Of a stretch of 64,000 nt of DNA, positions 37,105 to 50,274 are shown piece after piece. The stretch lies in contig NMRA01000647.1 in assembly GCA_002633005.1 (NCBI GenBank), positions 151,050 to 215,049 on the forward strand, given 5' to 3'. Positions within the stretch are counted from its first letter, which is position 1; every line of letters begins with the position of its first letter. This stretch comes from Phoronis australis. Taxonomy: Eukaryota; Animalia; Phoronida. The notes beneath the pieces were generated by a model. That model was given only the letters and a program-made list of their open reading frames with translations, had not been told where the DNA came from and searched no databases. Position numbers and translations under genes: made by a program.

Positions 37105-40100
37105 TTACACAGCCTCAATGGTAGGCATTGTGGGATCACTTGACTGTCTGTGAGTATCCACTTTTGAATGCACTTTGGCAAATCGACTCAGTTTAAACAG
37201 TTCTTTTTGTGTGGGCTCATGTTGACTTGTTTTTGAAGTTGTCTTTTGTGTTGTATTCTGGTCTGTTTTCCTACAAAGAGAAACGAATCTTTATATTACA
37301 AATAACACACAACAATTTAAAATGTAAAATGGTCGGTGCTGACGATAATGTTGATGACACTGATGGTGATGGCACCATGTGGTGTTAGTAATGGTGAAGG
37401 TGATGGTGGTTTTATGTTTGCTTACTTCATTATGAGATTAACAGAATTCTATCATGAGATCACACGCCGACTGCCACAGTATTCAGTACATGCCAAAAAT
37501 AACCAGACAAATCAACCCAGAATTTCTCATCAGGGCGACTGAATGAGAGCGGAATTTCCTGTCATGACGATTGAATACAAGCAGAGTTCACTGTCAGAGT
37601 CACTGGAATGACACGTCATGATGAACCAAGATTGGAAATGGAATTCTGTCCAATTAAATTAGGCGTGTTCTGTGAGGTGCATCTAGTTAACATAACTGTT
37701 TTACTTACTTAACAGTTGGTTTTGTATTCTGCCTTAGTCCAGCAGCTACTCTGTTGATATTTTCTTGGTACTCTGTGGTCAATGGCTCAGTGCGACTTGG
37801 CTTCTGTGTTAATCCCTGTGTAGACTGTTTTTCCTGCCATTTCTTCATATCTTGATGCCACGTTGAGCCATAGTTGTATGATAAAATTTTTCCCATTTGA
37901 GGTTTTCCCTGTTCACTGCCTAGGGTGGGCCTGAAATACAAACGCGTATGTTAGCAAAAGTCAAATTAGGGGCATACTAGTCAACAGTAATGGAATATGA
38001 AATATTACTTGGCATCACATTCATTCTTACTACATGTACATCATCAAAAAAACATAGCTTTTGGTTTAGAATGTTTAGCACTATAAAAAGTGATCTAAGC
38101 TTAGTCCTTGCTAAGGTGTAAAATGTGGGCTTGGAAAGATGTTTTTCATTGACTTGAACTAACCATCAAAGCACCAGAGAACAACAAACAACATCATGAT
38201 GTATACAATGAACATAAGCTTTGATGACAAAACACAAAGCATCTCTAAGATTTCTGTGTATAAGTAGGTGTGTATTGAAAATGAATTTCAATACACACCC
38301 ACTTATACACAGAAATCAACTGTTTGATTCCTTAATCCTGACCTAAGAAGACTGACCATAAGACCTTCTAACACTTACATAGGTAAATATCTTGGCTTGC
38401 TCTCCAGTTCACCCTTAGGTTTCACTTCCTTCTCACGTGGTGGTACATAGCCCCGTACAGGCCGACCTTTTTGCTTCTCTCTCCTATAGCCATACCCGGG
38501 TTGCCTGTGTTCAGGGAGTTTGACTGTTTTATCTGTGATTGAGTTACCTGAAATAATGGAACAGGCAATTTGTAAATAAATTTAGCATAAACTAAAACAC
38601 ACAGCTTAGTAAACGTGAAGTGAGAAAAGGAAATGGATATGAGTTTGTAAGTTAATTACAACATGGTCATCCATTCACTGTTGTGATGGACTCCAAATCC
38701 AATTTAAAGCATGTCCATTCATTTCAATGTAATTTCAATCATCCTAACTGATTTTTTCTTGACAAAGTTTGCAGGTCATACCTTCACGTTTGAATACTGA
38801 AGTATTGTCACCAGCGTATGGATATCTCTCCCTAGGTTGTAATGTGTTCTGGTCAACTTCTTCTGCTTTGAATGGTTCATGAACCATGTACTCAGGCAAC
38901 CGGAAATCCCAGTGTCTACAAAGAAAACAAACAGGTCAGCAATTACATTGACAGTACATCACTATTGTCCACAGTGGTGAATTTGGTTCTTAGTTTCACT
39001 TCTTTAGTGCCAGAATAAAGAGAAAGTAAAAGCCTTTTTCATTCTACGAATGCAAACTGCTCATGATTTAAACAACTGCCCCATGTGTTATCAAGTCCAC
39101 AAGTCACCATATGTACACAATATATCATGTAGCGAATTTTTATCTCATCAAAATTAGTAAAATTTCCATGTAACAAACATAATTCCAGGTTTTGCATATG
39201 TTGCAACACATAAAATGCAACTCAGTTATATTTGGTTTAATGTAAAAACATAAGGCAGTACAAATGTTTTAGTCCCTTACTGTGTTTTCTTCTGTTCTTC
39301 TTCTTCAATCCTATTGTCTTCTAAGTAAAACCATTCATTGCGCGGGTAAGAAGCTGCCTCATTTGTCTTGGCTTTGAAATCTCTGAATCTCAACAAATCT
39401 GAAAACAATTAATTGTACATCTAGCATAAATGTTTTGTATGTGCAAAAGAATAATATAGTTTAAGACCATACAATCTCAAGGCTATGATTTGTAGGCAAT
39501 ACGTTGATTGCTGTAGTTCTCTAACCATCTCTGTGTACATTTGAACAGACATTCTGCACACAGAAACAAAGATACATCATGGTTTTTGTTTGTTTGAAAA
39601 TACTCGATTGTGACATGGGCATGATTATCATAAGTCATGACGAAAATAAAACAACATGTCATCCATTCCAAATTCAAGGTATTCTAAATGACGCATTGTT
39701 ATAGCCAACCAATTGGGGAAACTGAAGGCCACATACCTTGGCGACCGCCTCCTTTAGCAAGTTTGATGTATTTACTGTCTGTTTCTTTTATCACATTTCT
39801 CGTTGGTACATACAGCTGTTCATTGGGGTCGATGGGAATGTCACTCAAACCAGGAATCTGTGAAGCTGGTGGCAACTCTGCTGGTTCACTCCTTACTTTT
39901 GGTTTAGCCGGAGCATGGTAGAACCACCCTGAAATCGCAACAAAAGCCCCTTTAAATACAAACCGATTGCTGTCAAATTTTTAACATTTTAAGTCAAAAA
40001 TAACATTTCAAAATTAAATTGCCGTGATATAGTGTGTTCCCACAGCTTTCCATGAAAGTATGAAGGGAATTGTGAACTCTAGTCGATCACTGAGGAGGGG

Positions 40101-40751
40101 AGATGAGATACAAAATTCCACGTCTTGAAGTTTAATGAAGGATAATGACTGATCAGCTAGATCAGTACGTGCCATATGAATATTGTGACTCTACAGTGAG
40201 ACTTAATTCCAGGGGCTTTGAAAATGCATTAGGACGACTCCGGCGGCTTATACGACGAATTGGCTCTTGAGCCAATGGTTTTACAGCTACAGTATAGGAC
40301 TCAAACAAATATTTTTGAGCATTACTGATGCAATTTTAAACATTGTTGAACATCAAAACTGGGAGCTCTGTGAAGGATGTCTTATACCAAAGTCATCCCT
40401 GATGACTTCATGTTGATGCCAACAGTAGCGGTGTCACGTAGCTGGAACTGGGGCGCCGAGCGAAGCTGGCTCAGCCAACACTCAACAGTCCAGAACAGAG
40501 ACTTGACAGCAGAAAAATCAGTAGTAAGTCAACCCTGAATCTCAAACCGATATAATGTAGTGCAAGTCAGTTGAGTTGACTAACTCGGGTCCAGCAACAG
40601 TGGGTTTAAAGTGCAGTAATCAGTTTTCAGTGTAAAGCCAAATAACTACAACTATAAGGCACAAGGGATAAGGCGCGTTCATCTGATTTCCATGCAAAGT
40701 GTCAATAGTTAAAAACTTACCAATTTCTGACATTTTACGCGTGACTGCCAT
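37105..40751 (-). CDS. C7orf57: C7orf57-like (DUF5524-type) protein. Exons 40751-40721, 39928-39737, 39398-39281, 38915-38782, 38547-38379, 37930-37709, and last exon ~37270-37105 (final junction uncertain)
   Basis: Six GT-AG exons join in frame. WFYHAP, LPPASQIPGLS, ETDSKYIKLAKGGGRQDLL, LPEYMVH and KILSYNYG motifs match C7orf57 as recalled. Almost entirely missed by the ORF track. Confidence 0.8.
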
Positions 40752-41069
40752 GTTTCCTTGTGTTTCTTTCCTACTTCAATGTTAGACGGCTGTATCGTTC
40801 ACGCTCTTCTTCTAGTCTGAACAAGGTGTAGCATTGTGAATCAAAATATTGATTCAACTTGAGCTTTGCTTTGTAGCCTAGCGACATGAAAACATTTGTA
40901 AGTTCTCGCGAGAAATGACGGTAAGTTCGTTTCAGCGGAAGTTATGCACTCGTAAATCGTAAATAGGTCAACTCCGTGTGTTTTGGACGTTTGCAGGCGA
41001 AGAGAAGTTTACAACATCACGATTTCCCAAATGAACGTCAAATGGATTGGCGGTTTGATATATACACTG
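40752..41069. promoter_or_regulatory. Bidirectional promoter between C7orf57-like and METTL21A
   Basis: Divergent start codons ~300 bp apart. X-box-like GTAGCCTAGCGAC at 40873-40885, palindrome TCTCGCGAGA at 40904-40913, ETS-like CGGAAG near 40936. Confidence 0.7.
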
Positions 41070-43364
41070 ATGGTAGACATTACAGAGTGCAGTGAAGGCA
41101 CGTGTTTGGACAAAACTTGTCCGACAGAGTCAAATAATTTCGCAACTGAACGTGCTGAATCTGACGAAAACCATCCCCACATGTTTTCTTCAGCTACGGG
41201 TGCCTGTGCGGAAAGTGAACGCAGACTTGTTCTATATGAAGAGTCGAAACTATTACCACATCAAACAAAACAAAAAATATTCGACTTTGCTGGAGAGGAA
41301 ATCACAATTTTGCAAGACTGGACGAATGTGGGAGTTGCTGGTGTTGTATGGGATGCTGTATGTATTTAGATTTAGTTTGCCAGTGGCAGTGACATGACCG
41401 TCATGACCCACCTCCACCGGCAGTGTTTCAACCGGAGAATGCTGGAATACTGCCTCAAAATCTGTGTGTTTTTCACTTTCAGTGCTGTGCTGCTGATGAA
41501 AGCCATCCAGCAAAACTGATCTTAACTTGTTGGCTTTCTGTTGCAGCACTGACATTTTTGTTTGCTAAATTCGTTTGACTTCTCCACCATGATTCTTTCT
41601 GACTTGCCCCATACTAGACAGTTTCAACGCCTCAATACTTAGCAGTAGAGATGGTGATGCTCCCATAGGGCCTTAAGCTTTTCTGCAAATTATGCCTGGC
41701 ACTGATATAATCATCATCAAAGTCATGGTGCTATTAGTACCTTTTGCGCATAGAGGGGTGCCTTAGGAGGCCGTCTATGTCTTTATGTCCTTCCAGCTCT
41801 AACAAATACTCCCGTAATTAAACTTTTTTCGAACAGTTCTTCGTTCAGTTACCCAAATTGGCAACTGGACATTTTTACAGTGCTCGCGGAAGGAGATGTG
41901 ACATTTACTTTGAACGTAATGAAAAGGTTTAAATGAACATTATGCTCACTGTGAGCAGAACTATATCACTGGAGAATGGTAGCTCAGCTCGCTGATGTTC
42001 ATTTGAACTGGCCTATAGATGCTAATTAATTGCTGTAAAATCACATTGTAGTGACATTTTGTTGCTTGAATATTTTATTAAGGCTGTGACGCTATCCGAA
42101 TACCTTCAAGAAAACCCAACTGTCGTAAAAGACAAAAGAGTGATTGAACTTGGTGCTGGAACAGGGCTAGTGGGCATGGTTGCTGGGCTGTTGGGTAAGT
42201 GAGAATGACACTGTCTGTGGACACCAGTCTGTAATGTTTGCGACTAGTTCTGTATTTAAGGTTTATGAAGGATCTTTCAAATTTCCATAATAAAAACATC
42301 ATATCTAAGAAATGGCTGGTTGTATTCTTATGAGACTTTCTGTACTGTTCACCAATATGCTACTGTGTGCACTGTTCACCAGTATGCTATGCACTGTTCA
42401 ATATGCTATGCACTGTTCACCAATATGCTACTGTGTGCATTGTTCACCAATATGCTATATGCACTGTTCACTAACATGCTTTAAGGAATTACTTTTAAGA
42501 TACTTTTTTTTTGTATGAGGAGCTATACAATTATGAATCTTACGATTTTTATCAAACAAATTCGAAGTTGCATTAAACAACAAAGTGATAGTTCTGTAAC
42601 AACTGCGTCTTTCAGATTTTACCTTGAATATTTTTATCAAATAAAATTTGGTGATGTTAATTCCGTTGTTTTTCTATGAACATACATGTTTTGCTAAATT
42701 TTACTAAAAAGGGATGGTCACATGACCTAATTGATAGCAGGTTGGTATACAGTCAGAAATCAAATTATACAGTCTTTTTATTTTCAGCAATGGTTAATTA
42801 AGAGTGTATAGTCAGAAGCAGTCCATTGAATCTTATCACAATTATACTTTTAATCTCGTTTCTTCGCACTGATAATTCACTTTTGTTTATTTATAATCTG
42901 TTTCATTGATTTTGTGGTTTACAGTCTCATTCCAATCTACGTTTAGATATTCTTGGAATTTTCTTATCAATTTAATTCCTTCAGGTGCTTCCCATGTGGA
43001 CATTACCGATCGTGAGTTGGCGTTGGAACAACTAAGCGAAAACGTAAAAAGGAACGTCAAGGGAAAATGTGACACGAGAGTGAATGTAGCGGAACTGGAC
43101 TGGGGTGTCAATCATGACAAGTACTCCACCTATGACATTGTTCTGGGGGCCGATATTGTGTACATCGAAGAAACTTTCCCAGAGCTGTTGAAGACACTGA
43201 GTCATTTGAGTAGCTGCTCCACTACGGTAATATTGTCCTGTCGAATAAGGTATGACAGAGACAGGGACTTTATAGCATTGTTGAAACGGACGTTCTCTGT
43301 GGAGGTGATACTGAAGGATGAAAAACGTAACAACTTAATCTATCGATGTAACAAGCTGTGCTGA
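41070..43364 (+). CDS. METTL21A: Protein N-lysine methyltransferase METTL21A (HSPA-KMT). Exons ~41070-41357, 42083-42194, 42985-43364
   Basis: QDWTNVGVAGVVWDA|AVTLSEYL, VIELGAGTGLVGMVA (SAM motif I), ITDR, ELDWG, DIVLGADIVYIEETF, CRIRYDRD. In-frame GT-AG junctions. Start codon uncertain (41031, 41070 or 41181). Confidence 0.92.
41615..41862 (+). mobile_element. Left arm of the 4294-4872 MITE family, in METTL21A intron 1
   Basis: Shares tagacagt, cccatagg, gcaaattatgc, cgcatagagg, ccttaggaggcc and ttcgaacagttcttcgttcag in the same order. Confidence 0.75.
42343..42480. repeat. Minisatellite (actgttcaccaatatgct... ~19-27 bp units, ~6 copies) in METTL21A intron 2
   Basis: Direct inspection. Confidence 0.9.
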
Positions 43365-45746
43365 TCATGCTGTCAACAATGTCGAATTTTTTAACATTTG
43401 TTCCGACCTAATGAAGTTTTGTGTCCTGAATTTTAAGATTAGATTCATACCGAATGGAATGTTACAGGTTTTTGTTCTGTTATGAAAACTGTTTTGAGAG
43501 TTCCTGCACATTTTTGAACATTTGTGACAGTCTTTCAAATTTCAAATTTCTGGGGAATCTTGGACAAGTAAAAATTTTGGCTTCACAGAAAAGATTTGAA
43601 AGCGTGGGGCACTCTTCATGTAAAGTGACTTCAGACTTTAAAGTCACAAATTTAGCTTTATGCTCCACTCAACTATTTCTGAAACATAATTTTAGGTCAC
43701 CTTTATCAAACATTCATGATCTTTGAAATTATGCAAATAAGAGAATTTCCATCGTTTATTTCTGAAGCGTGGTATGCTAACAATTGCATGGCAATTTTTT
43801 TGCTGCAATTGTGGATAAAGTCAAAATTTCTGACTTAAGTCTCGTGTCACTATTGCATCACTTAATAAAATGTCATCAAATTTTATTTTAAAATAAAATA
43901 AGGCAGCAGCATTTTTGGAAATTTCCTGTTGAAAACGAATGGTTGCTTTTTGGCATAATTATATGGTATGTTTAGGGAAATTTTATCCTCTGTGGATTTT
44001 TTGTTACATGCATTGATATTAAAAGTTCCTTTGAATATCTTGCTGATGGTGCTTATGGAAGATTTCGAATATTGGCGACCCACTTAAAATCAACAAAGAT
44101 GGATTTAACACGTTATCAAGATTAATTTGTACATAAATATAGATTATATTACAAGCGTTGAGGGTTTAAGGGAATTTCAATCTTTCAAAACAATATGACA
44201 GTGTTTTAAGGTGGATAGATTTTGTGGCACCCTGTACTGTTAGTGGATCATGTCCTGTTGGGAACTCTCAATAAATTGCAGGGACTTTGGGTTATGTAAC
44301 AAATTATCTGACCAACACTGTGTCCAACGTATGCAGTGTAAGAGGTGAAAGGGACTACCTGGTCAGCTTACAGCTTTAAATTAAAAATATAGGCATATTA
44401 ATAACTCTTCCGTGTAGATTTGTACTGTTGAAAAATGAATCTTAGAGCACCTAACTTACAAATTCAACCCCTAATCGGAAAAGGCACCCTTTCGTAGACC
44501 TTTGGCTGAGCTCACAGTTGATGTCTTAGCTCAGACTATGTATTCAACTGACGGCTGTGTCTGAACACACTAATTGTTGTACCTTATTAAATTAATAACA
44601 CGCCCACAGGCCACATTAACAAGCTACGGCCATACCTATACAGATGATCTGACAAATTCCATAGATGTAAGAAACAAAAATGCTCTTATACCACATGATT
44701 ACTGTGTTTACACAGGTAACCCTGTCGTAAAGCGGCGCCATATCGCCGTATTTGTCAACGCTTTGGCCATCCCTAGCACGCACAGGCAATTTCAAAAGTT
44801 GTCACTTACTAGGTGGCGCTGTTGTCAAATCTCATTCGAAACACTGAGATAATAACTAGAGTGAATTGCAAAGCAATAACACTGAGGATTAACGACTAAA
44901 ACTAGTCTTTACTAACAGTAACGAATACATAACAATTATAACCGTAAAAAAATTACAACCCAATTAAAAATGACGATTAACCCAAGCGGTAACGTCCAAT
45001 TTGCTGGATCAGTTGGCGCACGCCTTGATAAACTTAATTCACTTATAGATTTAAAAATGGCTAATTAAAACTTCCCCTCCTGAGAGGAATCTGTTTGAGA
45101 CTCCAGCGTAAATTGAGTTAGTAGGTAATATTCGACTCACATGTCGGGTGCCTTGGCAGAATTCATTGCTATTTTAATGGGATAAAATTGATTTACTAGT
45201 GACCCCACATCAGGTTTTTCAAGCGGTGCACCACACGAGCTTATGAATGAAACATAGCGGTTCTGGATAGTCGGCCATGAAAGGGTTGTCGTAATAATAC
45301 GATTATTCTCCACAAGTCCGACGAGGGGTTCCTCAGGTGAAAAAGAAATAATCAAGAAATCTCGGGAGCGATATCTTATTGACTTAGTTGGAAAGTCGAC
45401 TCGCGAGAAGTGGACATGTATGATGTATAATTTATTCTCAATTTCCAGTGAAGTTTCGTGAACCAACAGCTGCTTCAAAGGCGAGTAAACAACTCAAAAT
45501 TTTGTTCAAAAATCCATATTTACGCGTAGACACGATATGACTGCGCTTGCCGTAACGGTATGACTAACTGCAACCTGCAGGTAACTGTAGCCTGTCTGGT
45601 CCGGCAGTGTGATCGGAAGCAATCAGCGCTACACATTCAAATATGTGTGTGCATGGATATCTGGCTGCTTATGATGGCTCCCGGCCTGATGCTAGATGAT
45701 GTGGCAGCTACAGTTACACCGTCGTATTTCCGCGATGGGGCACCGC

Positions 45747-45935
45747 CAGGGGCGGATACAGGATTTTGCCAGGGGGNNNNNNNNNNNNNNNNNNNNNNNN
45801 NNNNNNNNNNNNNNNNNNNNNNNNNNNNNNNNNNNNNNNNNNNNNNNNNNNNNNNNNNNNNNNNNNNNNNNNNNNNNNNNNNNNNNNNNNNNNNNNNNNN
45901 NNNNNNNNNCCCCCCCCCCCTTAAATCCGCCACTG
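45747..45935. mobile_element. Short GC-rich MITE (CAGGGGCGGAT...ATCCGCCACTG) containing an assembly gap
   Basis: Terminal inverted repeats; G/C homopolymers border the Ns; flanks accgc/accac. Confidence 0.75.
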
Positions 45936-47095
45936 ACCACTGTCTCTTTTTGAGGGCTATGATGAGTACCTCGGCCCCAGTATCAGAGACCACTCTACCC
46001 TCTGACACAGCGCTACCTATGCTGAAAATTGGCCCTGTGGAAACATGAGCACCACACGAATTCCGTGTGTGGGCATCAAAGCTCATGCTTGGTCGGACGT
46101 TTATCGATCACATGGCTTCCACTTGCACACGCCTTCAATGCCCTGTACTTGTTTGGGCCTGACCGTTTTAATAAATTGCAACTCAGTACTCAAGTTAAAG
46201 GATGGTCGCCATATACGTAGACTGAAAGCGGTTTCTCAGATTGCGACCACTGGGAATGACAGAATTTTATGACGTCGGTTTCATTACTTTAACCAGTGAG
46301 AAGCCATGATAAACAACTATGGCCCGTGGTCTATGGGCGGTGCACCACAGGCAGGGGAGCTGGGGCGCTTAAGCCGTCCTTAAGTCCACAGACTGGGTAG
46401 GCCTCCTACTATGCTTCACTCGCCGACTAAGACGCCGATGCGGGACGTCGAGTTCGAACAGCACCAAACACCCAGTCTGCTGATATGGCGAAATTTAATC
46501 ATTACCTGTTTCACCTATAGCCTGAGTCTCGTCTTTATTCCACCTCCATAACTGTCTCCATAGTACTCGACTCAAGCTCGCTCTCTTACCGCCATCTCAT
46601 ATAATATACTATCAACTAATCAACGTCTAAGTTCCACTGATGACATCACGTGGTGGGAAACTGAAAATCATTTTAATGACAAAAAATATTCTTTCAAATT
46701 CACAATTCCTGAATTACTTCCCAAAATAAGTGCTTGATTAGTTAAGATTTTGTGTTATAAATTTATTACACACGGTCTGAATCCTCAGAAAGTGCAAAAA
46801 ACATTGTAGGAAAGTTTTAAAACCTGGGACTAATATTCAACAAGGCTAGTTTTGTGGAGTCCGGGGTTCATATACTATTGAGTAATATTACCAGCTGCGT
46901 GGTATGTTTGATAAGTTTTGTAGATAAACAGTTGGCTTTCAACAATGTTCGTTTTACTTGGCAACCATATCCAGATGAGTTCGGGCTTGGCTTCTGCTAT
47001 GTGATATACTTTTCTAAAACATTAACGATTTCGTAACATAATTTTTAACGCTTGCTTTATTCTGCCATTTATCGAGTTGGATTTACTTCCCCTAG

Positions 47096-48692
47096 CAAGT
47101 AAGTAAGTAAGTAAGTAATTATTTATTATAGTGGCATGTGTTCAAATAATGAATACGTTACAAAGACTAGGAACACCCAGCCCTCCACGGGGCTTATAAG
47201 TCACTTTAGATACATGATACAAAAAAGAAAAAGACAAGTGTACACGCATTGGAAGAGGACCAGAAAGAGAAGGCCGAGTTAAAAGTGATCATAAATAAAT
47301 ATAATTTTTCCTTACTTCAAACATATTTTTGAAGAAAACTGAAGTTTTTCTAATAACATCTTTTTGCATGATTGTAATTAGTTTACTTTCACAGCTTTCT
47401 GCACGGAATGGTGGATATTTAATCTCAACTTGACAGTGAAAGGTGTTTCTGGCATCTAAGAAAAATAGACACTCAAACTAAAAATATAGTTCAGTTTCGA
47501 CCTGACCAGTGTGTCAAATTAAAGACAGCAAATTCTGTCATCAAATTCTAGAGAACGAAAACGCCCAACCTCAACCAATAGCTGTAAGGTTCCGGTTCTA
47601 ATTTGAGCAAGAATTGACCTACTAGGCCGAGTTAAGTCTAAAAGCACGCACGGCTCAACTTGAAAGACATTCTTCATCAAAACATAGGTTCTTAACTTTG
47701 GTTTCGAACGGCTTTCAAACAACCACCTGTTACAGGCCAAATCATGCAAAATATTCTTACAGTGAGACGGATTAACTGAACGTAAGTTATTAAAACAATC
47801 CGAAATCCCTAATTCTTCAAAAATGCTCAAAATTTCAGAAGACCAATGGTACAAGTAGTGTAGTCCCACCAAAATATTGTTAGTCTATCATCCTCGAAAT
47901 TAGTAATACTATTCCACGTCATCAAAAGCTCAATTTTTGGCCTAACACTGGGGAATTCCCACCCCATGTCACCCATAACAGCATGATTAGGAGCGAATTC
48001 GTGAACGCCCAAGAAAAATCGTGCGGCTCTATTCTGAATGACATCATAATCCTGTAGACCAGAGCCGCACAAGACACCTACGCAATAATCTCGAACAGGC
48101 ACAACACACGCATTGAATATTGTAGTGAATGTTCTGTACCTCATATTTTTATTCTTTTTAAATTTATTAATTAAAGTGCCCAAAGCTCTTCCGGCAGATT
48201 CGGACAGAGTTTTAGCAGCTTCAGAAAACTTTAAATGTTCATTAAAAATTATTCCTAAATATTTATATTTGGGTACATATTCTAGGTCTAGTCGACCCAA
48301 CCGAAATGGATATAAACTACGAGAGACATGCTTGGATCTGAAGTGAATAATATTAGTTTTTTCCTGATTGATAATTAGACTCCGTTTAGAGCACCATTTA
48401 TCAACTATATTCAATAAACCCTGTAAATGTTCTTCGCTCTTGGCAAGTACCACTATATCATCAGCATAATACAAAGATGAAACATTATCAGCACCGATAG
48501 GAATTCCTAAATTTGACTGTTTTAATTCCGTTGCCAAATCATTTATACACAGTGCAAAAAGAGTAGGTGATAAAACATCTCCTTGTTTAACCCCACAAGA
48601 TGTATAAAACCAGTCCGTAAAGGTATTATCATAACACAGGATTGAGTTTTGGCATAAATATTTTTAACCGATTCATAAAACTTTCCAACTAT
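47096..48692 (-). mobile_element. 5'-truncated non-LTR retrotransposon (RTE-X/CR1-L2-like), copy 1, with intact 3' tail
   Basis: RT motifs GVKQGDVLSPTLF, YADD and YKYLG; C-terminal KPKLRTY, VEVGRF and DDRICCL; frameshifts; AATAAA plus (TTAC)n tail at 47096-47130. Confidence 0.92.
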
Positions 48693-49553
48693 CATAGCAT
48701 AGCTTTCAGACGTGCTGAGGCTGAAATAAGAATGATTTTTCTATGATCGAGAGACCCTTGTCTCAGATGTTTTGTTTTTCCAAAACCGCAGATATCGGTG
48801 TCAAAAAGAAAGAAATGCGGCGATTTTCAAAAGGTGACTTTAATAACTGATATCTCTGTGCTAATTAAAAATCTGAGATACGCTTCCCTGAGCATGCAGT
48901 GTCAACAAGGGAATACGTAGCTCAAACAAAAAGTCATCAAATGTTTAGGTTTATTAAAAACCTAATTTTCTTTACAAGCTCTGCAAGTTATTACAAATTA
49001 AGAGGCAGTCCATATAAAAACCAGTAGATTTTCAAAAATCAGTCTATACGTCAAAATTTAAAACAACTTCATTTTTTGTACATGGGTAGGTATCCTAACA
49101 AAAACCCAAATGCCAAATTTTGAGCACTCAATGACCCCTAATTTCGCCGCTGGAGCATGATAACACAAATTGGCACAATTGGGCATATTAGCCGTCTCAA
49201 AAATCGGATGTTTTCAGCAACAAAAATGAGTAACATACAAAATTGATCAAAGGCTATATTTTGGTGGCTGAAATAACCAACGTATACTGTGCACAATTCT
49301 GTGCCATTTATTAAAATCTAACAGTTTTGTGCTAGACAGGGGAGATAATCCACAGACCACTTTTTGGGGCTAATTTTAGTGGCCATTTTTGTGACCTTCT
49401 TACTGCCATAAAACACCTTGTAGCCTTATGTGACGTTTTGAACATACAGTTAAAGAGTTAGTCTTGATGATTGAGCAATAAAAAATCTTGCCTCAACTTT
49501 GCACTTTAGTGAAAATTGTCTTGCAAAACTGTCTATTTTCATAGTTTGGAAAT

Positions 49554-50274
49554 NNNNNNNNNNNNNNNNNNNNNNNNNNNNNNNNNNNNNNNNNNNNNNN
49601 NNNNNNNNNNNNNNNNNNNNNNNNNNNNNNNNNNNNNNNNNNNNNNNNNNNNNNNNNNNNNNNNNNNNNNNNNNNNNNNNNNNNNNNNNNNNNNNNNNNN
49701 NNNNNNNNNNNNNNNNNNNNNNNNNNNNNNNNNNNNNNNNNNNNNNNNNNNNNNNNNNNNNNNNNNNNNNNNNNNNNNNNNNNNNNNNNNNNNNNNNNNN
49801 NNNNNNNNNNNNNNNNNNNNNNNNNNNNNNNNNNNNNNNNNNNNNNNNNNNNNNNNNNNNNNNNNNNNNNNNNNNNNNNNNNNNNNNNNNNNNNNNNNNN
49901 NNNNNNNNNNNNNNNNNNNNNNNNNNNNNNNNNNNNNNNNNNNNNNNNNNNNNNNNNNNNNNNNNNNNNNNNNNNNNNNNNNNNNNNNNNNNNNNNNNNN
50001 NNNNNNNNNNNNNNNNNNNNNNNNNNNNNNNNNNNNNNNNNNNNNNNNNNNNNNNNNNNNNNNNNNNNNNNNNNNNNNNNNNNNNNNNNNNNNNNNNNNN
50101 NNNNNNNNNNNNNNNNNNNNNNNNNNNNNNNNNNNNNNNNNNNNNNNNNNNNNNNNNNNNNNNNNNNNNNNNNNNNNNNNNNNNNNNNNNNNNNNNNNNN
50201 NNNNNNNNNNNNNNNNNNNNNNNNNNNNNNNNNNNNNNNNNNNNNNNNNNNNNNNNNNNNNNNNNNNNNNNNNN
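49554..50274. other. Assembly gap (N run)
   Basis: 721 Ns. Confidence 1.

Noticed and set aside
45137-45478. 113-aa minus-strand ORF ending beside a GTGAGT donor-like site
   Set aside because: No recognisable domain and no partner exon found.
46605-46650. CTGATGA...GAAAC hammerhead-like core
   Set aside because: Stem II does not close onto GAAA, and no stem I or cleavage-site geometry is present.
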